Source of the DNA: Vicinamibacterales bacterium
Lineage (GTDB): Bacteria; Acidobacteriota; Vicinamibacteria; Vicinamibacterales; UBA8438
Direction of reading: 5' to 3'
DNA length: 64,000 nt
Assembly: GCA_965218825.1 (NCBI GenBank)
Contig: OZ244656.1
Span: 836,965 to 900,964, forward strand
Position 1 is the first letter of the stretch; each line of letters opens with the position of its first letter. A program made the position numbers and the translations under genes. Positions 45,448-53,701 of this stretch are shown one piece after another. The notes beneath the pieces are model-generated. The model was not told where the DNA came from, searched no databases, and worked only from the letters and a program-made list of their open reading frames with translations.

Positions 45448-46155
45448 TTAGGGTATTCCTTCGACACCACTCCGCACTTGTGTCCTCGCTTTGCCAAGCC
45501 GGCGTTCTTGCACTCGCCGCACGTCAACCCCTGCCGGGACCGGCAGCGCCCAGATCCGCTGGAGCATCGCCCCGAACAGGTGTCGGGTCAGGTGACTCTC
45601 TGCCAGGAACAGCCAGTAGTAGCGCGCGTGTTTTACCAACCGCCCGCTCGTTTTGACCAGGCGCTGCTGCAGGCTGGTCAATGACCAGCGCTCGATGCGC
45701 GTGGGCAGGACCAGCCGCCGCCACAGATTCCCCACGTTGTACGCGAGTACGCTCAGCTGCAGCCGGACCTCGTTCGCTCGAAATCGATGGCACGACAGCC
45801 GCGTCCAGTGCGTGGCCTGCTTGCCTTCCTTGATCCATTGCTCGGCGGTGCCGCGCTTGTTGGAGAACCGCACGACGGCGCGATTGTGGATCGGGAGATT
45901 CGTCACGATAAAGCCGACGCGCGGGAACAGCTCGCCGACGTGGTGCTCGACTTTTGCCACGACCCGCCGGGGCGTGGTCCAGCTGTCCGCCTGGTACTGG
46001 AAGCGCTTGTACCGAATGAGCGGCGTGAGGCTGGGCCGTCCCGGTGACCGAAACAGGAGGTCTTCGATCGCCAGCTCCAAGTTCTTGTTTGCCGGTATCC
46101 GGATCGGGTACCGGACGCCGCGCGCATCCGGATCATGACCGCGATCCGGCATCAT
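45448..46155 (-). pseudogene. IS1380-family transposase, C-terminal ~235 aa only
   Basis: ..FSNKRGTAEQWIKEGKQATHWTRLSCHRFRANEVRLQLSVLAYNVGNLWRRL...WSLTSLQQRLVKTSGRLVKHARYYWLFLAES. Confidence 0.7.
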
Positions 46156-46161
46156 CTGCCG

Positions 46162-46609
46162 CTAGTGCATGCGCTTTCGACGTCGTCGCCGTTTCACGCC
46201 GGCCGCGAGACCGGTTTCAAGTCCTACCGGCTGAGCATCATGGATGCACTTCCGCGCACCAGCCTTCCCGCCCCGCTGTTGTCTCAGGTGGATTACGACC
46301 GCGTCGTGGCGGCCTATCAACGCATGAAGTTCATCGAAAATAGCAGTGAATTGTAGTGGGACGTCCGCCCCTCGCACCGCTTCCCGACGGTAGAGATGCG
46401 GATCTGCGACGTTTGCCCGTGTCTCGACGATGCGGTGAGCATCGTCGCGCTCTATGCCCGTCAGCACGGGCGGAACTGATGACGTAGAACGGCGACAGAG
46501 CGATGAAGTTGCAGCAGTGGAGGTCCAGGTGGTCCAGGACCTTGAGACCGGCCAGCGCGGCGGGAGGAGGATAGACCTGACGAAGCTTCGCCATGGTGTC
46601 GATTGTCAT
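46162..46609 (-). pseudogene. Pyridoxamine-5'-phosphate-oxidase-family gene, frameshifted
   Basis: [47 protein letters not shown], then a frame change (..[15 protein letters not shown].. in ORF 46162..46467). Confidence 0.35.
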
Positions 46610-46719
46610 TGCTACCTCCTTACATGCGGCCGCATGAAACATACCATCACGCAACTCTCACGGGAACCGCAAGTGCTGCGCGCCAACCATGTGAACGGTC
46701 ATCGGCGTACCGAGACCAC

Positions 46720-47462
46720 CTACCGGGAATCTCCACCGAGATACTCGGCCCAGTCGTCCATCAGGTGCCGGCGGCGCTCGAACAGGTCCGAGCGCGCGTA
46801 GGCCGCCTCGACCTTGTTCTGGACGACATGCGCCAGCGCCGCCTCGATGACCTCACGCGGGTGATTGGTTTCTTCGGCCGCCCAGTCGCGGAAGGACGAC
46901 CGGAACCCGTGCGGGACGGCCGCGATTTGGTGCGTCCGGAGTAGCTGGACCAGCCGCTGGGCGTCCAGGGGCTTCCCGCGCGGCGTGGGAAACACGAGCG
47001 GGCTGCGGCCGTCACCGATCGTTCGCGTCGCCGCGAGGATCTCGAGGGCCCGCCCACACAACGGCACCCGGTGCTCCCGGTTCGCCTTCATCCGCGTGGC
47101 GAGAATGGTCCAGACGTGGTCCGTCGTGTTGATCTCGTCCCACGTCGCCAACCGCACCTCGCCCGATCGTGCCGCGGTCAACACCAGGAACTCAAACGCC
47201 AGTGTGACGACTGGCGCCGTGTCCGACGCCCGCACAGTCGCCAGCGCCGCCGCCACCTCTCGATGGGGCAGCGCCTGTCTGTGCTGCACGTGGTCCTGCT
47301 GCGGACCCAGCACCGGCCCGAGCCGGTCGCACGGATTGTCCGCACGATAGTGCATGGCGATGGCCCACTCCATCACGGCATGGATGCGTTGCTGGATGCG
47401 CCGCGCTGTCTGCCGCTTCACGTGCCAGATCGGGGCGAGGATCCGCACGGCGACATCTCGGT
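46720..47462 (-). pseudogene. P4-like tyrosine integrase, C-terminal catalytic half only
   Basis: ..ILAPIWHVKRQTARRIQQRI..., LTAARSGEVRLATWDEI, HRVPL, HGFRSSFRDWAAE, LAHVVQNKVEAAYAR. The N-terminal 150 aa of the 406-aa ORF is antisense to cas1. Confidence 0.75.
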
Positions 47463-47910
47463 GTTGCGCGGCATCGAGGGCGCCAAGATGAAGGCAACCT
47501 ATCGTCTGGTGGCGATGCAGATTGGAATCACTTGGCAGGGACGGCGCTACGACCGTGCCCGGCCGATGGCGACCGACCTCCCAAACCAGGCGCTGAACCA
47601 TGCGGCGAGCGCAGTTGAAGCCGCCGCAGCCATCGCCGTTGCAGCAACGGCCACCGTCCCGCAACTCGGCTTCATTCATGAAGATGCCGGACAATCCTTC
47701 GTACTCGACATCGCTGATCTGTTTCGCGACTCCGTCACCATCCCCACGGCGTTCCGCGCGGCCAAGAAAGCCCTGAGAGACACGGCCAGTGAGAACATTG
47801 AACGCGTGACACGACGAGAGACCGGGCGCACGCTCAGCCGGGAACGGACGATTCCGAAAATGATCGAGCGGATCAAGGATCTGTTCGAGGATCCGGCGGC
47901 GAAAGCGTAA
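47461..47910 (+). pseudogene. cas1: cas1 (type I-E), C-terminal half only
   Basis: LRGIEGAKMKATYRLVAMQIGITWQGRRYD...LGFIHEDAGQSFVLDIADLFR parallels E. coli Cas1 from about residue 130 onward. The upstream half is replaced by the integrase fragment. Confidence 0.8.
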
Positions 47911-47917
47911 GTTTGCG

Positions 47918-48235
47918 ATGCCCACGACCGTGGTCGTCACGCGTGACGTCGAACGGAGATATCGAGGCTTTCTCGCCTCAGTGATGCTTGAGATTGCACC
48001 CGGCGTTTATGTGTCGCCAGACCTCTCAGCTGGGGTGCGCGAGCGTATCTGGTCGGTGTTGGAGGATTGGTTCGGCGCGCTCGGCAACGGTGCCGTTTCT
48101 ATGATTTGGCGCGATGGTTCCGCCGATGGCGGCTTGGCACTCCGCTACCTTGGAGATCCGCCAAAGGAGATCTGCGAAGCCGACGGGGTCCTCCTCGTCA
48201 GGAGATTGCAAGGCACTGACGCTGGGTCTTGTTGA
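47918..48235 (+). CDS. cas2: Cas2 (type I-E)
   Basis: TTVVVTRDVERRYRGFLASVMLEIAPGVYVSPDLSAGVRERIW.. resembles E. coli Cas2 ([32 protein letters not shown]). Sits immediately upstream of the array. Confidence 0.85.
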   Translation: MPTTVVVTRDVERRYRGFLASVMLEIAPGVYVSPDLSAGVRERIWSVLEDWFGALGNGAVSMIWRDGSADGGLALRYLGDPPKEICEADGVLLVRRLQGTDAGSC

Positions 48236-48293
48236 TCAGATCATTGACAACTAAATACTGAAGAGAGCCGCACCTTTGTCAAATATTTGACAG
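48236..48293 (+). promoter_or_regulatory. Putative CRISPR leader (short, AT-rich)
   Basis: tcattgacaactaaatactgaagagagccgcacctttgtcaaatatttgacaga lies between the cas2 stop and repeat 1. Function is inferred from position only. Confidence 0.4.
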
Positions 48294-48810
48294 AGGCTTC
48301 CCCGCACACGCGGGGATAGACCTGGAGGCCCGTGACGATCCCAAGGCCAGCGACGGGCTTCCCCGCACACGCGGGGATAGACCCAATTGGAGCTGCCGCC
48401 GCCCCTGTGGCGCCTGGGCTTCCCCGCACACGCGGGGATAGACCCCAGCGCAGCGTCGATGCCGATCGGATCGGGGTGGCTTCCCCGCACACGCGGGGAT
48501 AGACCCCTCAAACAGCATCCTGGGCGCAATCAGTGGAGGGCTTCCCCGCACACGCGGGGATAGACCCGTCATCACTTGCTGGCCTTCTTCCTCGAGACCG
48601 GCTTCCCCGCACACGCGGGGATAGACCCTTCAGCCCGTCACCTCTGGGTGGTGGGCTGGCGGCTTCCCCGCACACGCGGGGATAGACCCTAGTTGACGAA
48701 GGTGAACGCGATCCCGACTTCGGCTTCCCCGCACACGCGGGGATAGACCCAGTTCAAGGTATGGCCCTGGGCTCACGCGTTCGGCTTCCCCGCACACGCG
48801 GGGATAGACC
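48294..48810 (+). CRISPR. Type I-E CRISPR array: 9 repeats of 29 nt, 8 complete 32-nt spacers, 61-nt period
   Basis: Repeat GGCTTCCCCGCACACGCGGGGATAGACCC starts at 48294, 48355, 48416, 48477, 48538, 48599, 48660, 48721 and 48782. Repeat 1 ends in T. A ninth spacer (48811-48837) is cut by an IS end. Confidence 0.95.
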
Positions 48811-48837
48811 CGTCTCAGGTAGACGTGGAAGCGCTCT

Positions 48838-50275
48838 TAGCAGCCCGTGGTGAAAGTCGAAGTTATGAGGGATCGACACAATCGATCCGTCGTACTACAC
48901 TGACGCGCATGGCTATGGGAACGCGCGAGACGGATCAACCGCCGCTGTGGATCGCGACGTCGGACCTGCCCACCTCGCCGGGCCATCCGTTCTACGCGCG
49001 GCTGACGACGCTGCTCGACGGGCACCCCTTCGATCGGTTCGTCGAAGGCCTGTGTGACCGGTTCTACGCGCCCGTGATGGGCCGACCGAGCTTGGCACCC
49101 GGGCGCTACTTCCGCCTGCTGCTGGTCGGCTACTTCGAAGGCATCGACTCGGAACGCGGGATTGCGTGGCGCGCGACGGACTCGTTGGCGGTCCGCAGCT
49201 TTCTGCGGTTGGCCGTGGACGAGGCGCCGCCCGATCATTCGACGATTGCGCGCACGCGGCGCTTGATCGATCTGGAGACGCACCGGACCGTCTTTACGTG
49301 GGTGCAACAACGACTCGTCGAGGCCGGCCGTCTGAAGGGCAAGACCATCGCGATTGACGCCACGACGCTCGAGGCGAACGCGGCGATGCGCAGCATCGTC
49401 CGCCGGGACACCGGCGAGAGCTACCAGGCGTTTCTGGCGGGTCTCGCGACGGCCTCGGGGATCGAGACGCCCACGCGCGAGGGTCTGGCGCGACTGGATC
49501 GGAAGCGGAAGAAGAAGACCTCGAACACAGACTGGACGAACCCCCACGATCCCGATGCGAAGGTCACGAAGATGACAGATGGCCGCACGCATCTGGCGCA
49601 CAAAGCCGAGCATGCCGTCGACATGGAGACCGGCGCGATTGTCGCGGTGACACTGCAAGGTGCCGATGTCGGCGACACCACGACGATCATCGAGACCGCC
49701 ATCGCCGCGACCGAGCAGGTCGAAGACGCGCAGGCCAACGTTGACGATCGGCAGTCTCTGGAAGAGATCGTCGGTGATAAGGGGTATCACAGCAATCAGA
49801 CCCTGATCGACCTGGACGCCGTGGGTATCCGGTCCTACGTGTCCGAGCCGGACAGGGGGCGACGTGATTGGTCGAAGGATCCCGCGGCCCGGGCGCCGGT
49901 GTATGGCAATCGTCGCCGGATGCGGGGACGACGCGGCCGCCGCCTGATGCGCCAACGCGGCGAACGGATCGAACGCTCGTTTGCGCATCTCTACGACACG
50001 GGCGGGATGCGGCGCACCCATCTGCGCGGCCACACGAACATCCTGAAGCGCCTCCTGATTCATGCGGGTGGCTTCAATCTCGGGCTCGTCATGCGTCATC
50101 TGATCGGGATCGGCACGCCGCGCGGGCTGCAGGGCCGCGTGGCCGCTGTTCTTGCGACGTTAGGGGTGCTCATGGGCGTCGTCCGACGTCGGCTCACCAC
50201 GATTTCGTCGTCGCATCGACTCATCCCGGCCGTGCAAGGTCGGCTCGCGTCACTGGCCACGTTTGCCGTCAACTC
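48838..50275 (+). mobile_element. IS1182-like (IS5 superfamily) element, right end missing
   Basis: Left IR agcagcccgtggtgaaagt. No inverted copy of it precedes 50276, where the modular-repeat L junction starts. Confidence 0.75.
48909..50275 (+). CDS. IS1182/IS5-superfamily DDE transposase (3' end replaced; the ORF reads through into repeat copy 7)
   Basis: GRPSLAPGRYFRLLLVGYFEGIDSERGIAW, IAIDATTLEANAA, GDKGYHS, RSFAHLYDTGGMRRTHLRGHTNILKRLLIHAGGFNLGLVMR. Confidence 0.8.
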
Positions 50276-50914
50276 GATCTCTAGGAAAATCAAAATCTCA
50301 TTTCTGAGGTGCCTCGGGCCACGTTGTTCTCGTCGGCGAACATGCGGCCGAACTGGTCAGCAACGAAACGACCTCGACGCCCGCCGCGGCCGCGAGTGTG
50401 GAGGTATCGACACCAACGGCTCGGCGTGCGCCGTACCCCCCCCACCCCCGAATCTCGTCCGGATGAGCGGCATGACCGTCCGCCGCCCCTTGCGCGCATT
50501 TTCGCGAAATTCGATTTTGGTTTTTTCGGACGACCCCCTATGAACATTGACGAAAAGTGCTCCACCCCGGCCACGCCGATCCAGATCTGGCCCGAAACGA
50601 CGCTGATTTCGCGCAAAACGATCCCCAAGCGGACCCTCCGCCGCTGGCGCGCCGAGGCCCGCGCGCGGTGGCCGATGTATCTGGCCGACGTCGCCTACCG
50701 GATCGAACGCCTCCCGCAACCCAAACGCCGCCACGGACGGACCTGGGCCGAGGTCGCCCGCGATAACTTCCTCGCCAGCTTCCCCGCCGGCACCGGCATC
50801 CCGCCGTGGGCGGGTGAAGCCTACCGACCCGAACACCGCCCGAAGGTCATCAGCCTCGAGGAGATCCTCGCCGAGTACACGGAAGAAGAACTCGCTAGGT
50901 ATTACTACTAAGCA
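50276..50914 (+). repeat. Modular repeat unit, copy 7 (L, R, orfA only), 36 kb from the main array
   Basis: gatctctaggaaaatcaaaatctcatttctgaggtgcctcgggccacg... is near-identical to copies 4-6. Similarity ends just after the orfA stop. Confidence 0.85.
50540..50911 (+). CDS. orfA family small protein (123 aa)
   Basis: MNIDEKCSTPATPIQIWPETTLISRKTIPKRTLRRWRAEARARWPMYLADVAYRIERLPQPKRR...EEELARYYY*. Confidence 0.7.
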   Translation: MNIDEKCSTPATPIQIWPETTLISRKTIPKRTLRRWRAEARARWPMYLADVAYRIERLPQPKRRHGRTWAEVARDNFLASFPAGTGIPPWAGEAYRPEHRPKVISLEEILAEYTEEELARYYY

Positions 50915-51289
50915 CGGGCACACGCCCGAGGTCCTACGGTGACCGGGCTGTTCCCGCGGGCGGCGCGATCGCCCGTGTGCGATGGAGAGATGCCGTCGTT
51001 CACGGCTCATCGGCGCCGGGGTGTGGCCCACCGTCGGCTCGGACTGTCATCCGTGGGAGCGCGGGCGGACGTAGCACGAGTACTCCCGCACGTGGCGGCG
51101 CCGCGTGGCCGCTGGACCGTCGTGGCCCGGTCGCCGCGGTGTCCCTCACCGGCGAGCCCGCCGGTTCGACCGGGCCACCCCCATCCGCATGGGACGAATC
51201 CGACCCGGATGGACAACGGGTCGTTCACCGCATCGGTATTCGCGTCCGGCTCCCGGCTGAGGTTCGCTTCAACCGCCTCGGGATCGATC

Positions 51290-51867
51290 AGATTCGGTTC
51301 CGGCTCGGAGATGCCCGGCGTGCGCACCAGATAGTCGTAGTCGATGAATCCGGAGTCGGTGTAGCGATCGACGGAGCCGCGCAGCGCCCCAGCTTGCGCG
51401 AGATGAGCGGCAGGTTGACGGTGACGTCGGCCTCGGTCCCGGGCGCGCCACCGTGCGCCAGCCCGAACAGGTCCCCGCGCACGTCCAGCGTGCGGTGCCC
51501 TGATCGACCACGGTCAGGCCGGGTGTCCAGTGCGACAACGCCGTCAGGTTGCCGATCGCCCGCCGCTCGATGTCCGGCAGCGCCACCGGATCGGCCACGA
51601 CCACGATGTCGTCGACCGTGACCTCGCCAAAGCCGGCCAGGAAGACGGTGACCGTGTAGACGCCGGGAGCGAGACCGGTGAACACAAACCGGCCGTGCGC
51701 ATCCGTCTGCGCGGGCAGCGGGCTGCCGCGGATGCCGCGTGCACGAACGTGACCGGTCCAGAATCGGATCGTCGCCCCCGTGGCCCCGGAACGCAGGGAT
51801 GGACGGACAGGTGGCGACCACGCCCACCCAGGGAGCACAGCCCGTGCGCTTAGGAGACGGTCTCCGC
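51290..51867 (-). pseudogene. Fragment of a CarboxypepD_reg-domain (TonB-dependent-receptor-type) gene, frameshifted and cut by IS
   Basis: ..PAQTDAHGRFVFTGLAPGVYTVTVFLAGFGEVTV.. is the carboxypeptidase-regulatory-like fold signature. Downstream sequence changes frame at least twice. The upstream part is replaced by the IS at 51868. Confidence 0.45.
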
Positions 51868-52960
51868 GCTGCCTTGGTGCACAACTCGCGATCTCGGTCA
51901 ATAATTGCCCTCCACCCCGAGATCCGAGGTCCCGCATGACGAGTTTCAAGCGCACCCAGCGGAAGTACGTCCAGAAGGCCTACCGTGTCCGGAATTGGCG
52001 GGAGTACGAGACGGGTCTCCGCGCTCGCGGGAGTCTGACCGTCTGGCTCGGACTCACCGATGGCAAGCTCGCCAACTGGAACTCGCCGAGGCCGACGCGC
52101 AGGAAGCCAGGCCGACAACGCAAGTACTCGAACCACGCCATCGAGACGACGGTCACCTTGGGCTTGGTGTTTGGCCTGGCGTCCAGGCAGACTGAGGGCT
52201 TCCTGCGCTCGCTGCTGACGCTCCTGAATCTGGACAACGACGTGCCCGACCACAGCACGATCTCGAGGCGCAAGGCGAGGCTGGGGAAGGTTGCTTCCTC
52301 CGAGAGGCGAACCGTGAAGCCCGTCCACCTCCGCATCGACAGCAGCGGTCTTTCAGTGCACGTCGGCCAGTTGCGCACTCCGCCGAAAGCCAGGGACTAC
52401 CGCAAGCTGCACCTCGCTGTGGATGAGCAAACCAGTGACGTGGTCGCCTGCGAGCTCACGAGCAAGCGGGCTCGAGACGCTTCCCGGGTGGCGTCACTCG
52501 TCGGCCAGATCGAGCGTCCCATCGCCTCGGCCAAGGCCGACGCCGCGTACGACACCGGCGACGTCTATAAGACGCTGGAGAATCACCGTGCTCATCGATC
52601 GCCGAAGGTGCTGATACCGCCACGAAAGGGCGCTCAGCTCGCGCTCGACTTCGCGGGCACGCGACAGCGGAATCGTAACATCCGAGCACGATCACGTGTT
52701 GGGAAACGGAAGTGGTACGTCGCATCGGGCTACAGCAGGCGAAGCAAGGTGGAGACGACGTTCCACCGCTACAAGGCCATCCTGGGCTCAGCGATGCGAG
52801 CGAGGGGACTGGCGTCCCAGAGAGTCGAGGTGAGGTTGGGGTGCAAGATCCTGAACACCATGACGGCGCTCGGGATACCCGATGGCGAGATGATCGGATG
52901 ACCGGCAGGCGGAGTCACGGGAGACTCTCAGCCCTCAATGGAGTTGTGCACCAAGGCAGC
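51868..52960 (+). mobile_element. IS5-family (IS903-like) element, copy A
   Basis: Perfect 20-bp inverted repeats: gctgccttggtgcacaactc (51868-51887) and gagttgtgcaccaaggcagc (52941-52960). No matching 9-bp flanking duplication. Confidence 0.85.
51936..52901 (+). CDS. IS5-family DDE transposase (321 aa)
   Basis: YRVRNWREYETGLRARGSLTVWL, HLRIDSSGL, KLHLAVDEQT, ADAAYD, SKVETTFHRYKAILG...LGCKILNTM. Confidence 0.9.
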   Translation: MTSFKRTQRKYVQKAYRVRNWREYETGLRARGSLTVWLGLTDGKLANWNSPRPTRRKPGRQRKYSNHAIETTVTLGLVFGLASRQTEGFLRSLLTLLNLDNDVPDHSTISRRKARLGKVASSERRTVKPVHLRIDSSGLSVHVGQLRTPPKARDYRKLHLAVDEQTSDVVACELTSKRARDASRVASLVGQIERPIASAKADAAYDTGDVYKTLENHRAHRSPKVLIPPRKGAQLALDFAGTRQRNRNIRARSRVGKRKWYVASGYSRRSKVETTFHRYKAILGSAMRARGLASQRVEVRLGCKILNTMTALGIPDGEMIG

Positions 52961-53310
52961 GTCGCGCCGGCGGCTTCAATGGCGGTCTGGACCCCGTCGA
53001 CCTTGTGGGCGGCGAGATTGTCCGCAATCACGATGTCGCCGGGCTGCAAGGTCGGCACGAGGATCTGTTCGACGGAGGCGAGGAAACTGGCCCCGTCCAT
53101 CGGGCCATCGAGGACCCCGGGGGCGGTGAGCCCGGTCACCCGCAGCGCCGCGATGAAGGTACTGCTCTCCCACCGGCCTTGGGGGACGTCCGCTCTCGAC
53201 CGCAACGCGTTTCGGTCTTTGTTGGACCGGGCCCCGGCTCTTGGCCTGCCGGCGCCCGGTCCTGGGTGGGTCACAGGTACGCGGTGACCGGGATCGTCGT
53301 CGGTCAGGTT
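52961..53310 (-). pseudogene. IS630-family transposase fragment
   Basis: [74 protein letters not shown]. The C-terminal DDE_3 end is cut by IS copy A. Confidence 0.65.
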
Positions 53311-53701
53311 CTCGTCCGGCTCCCCGCGGGCGTCGCTGCTGTTGCGGTTCCAGGTGGCCACGTGGCTGCCCTTTCCTTGCCCTGGCACGCTCTAGCGCCT
53401 GTTCGTGTCCTTTTCGCGCCCCTCCCGGTGTTGCTCGGTTCCCGGTCCGTCGTCCGCAGGTCTCGGGTTACAATCCCGCGACCGCTCTGGAGACCGAATC
53501 GTTGACCGACCCCCGACCTGATCGTTCTGACCCTGCTACCGACTCGGCCTTGGAGCTGTTCTACCAGCAGCCGAACAAGGCGGGAAGCTGACTTGAGTCG
53601 GCGTTGAGCATCCAGCCCAGCGAGTTGACGGTGTTTTCGCGGCCAGAAGAGCGGGACGCGACTCAGACGGTGATTCGCATGCTCACCACACGGAAGCACC
53701 A

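Noticed and set aside
46720-47940. The 406-aa ORF read as a full-length integrase.
   Set aside because: Only the C-terminal ~250 aa show integrase motifs. The N-terminal ~150 aa are the antisense translation of the cas1 fragment and cas2 start region.
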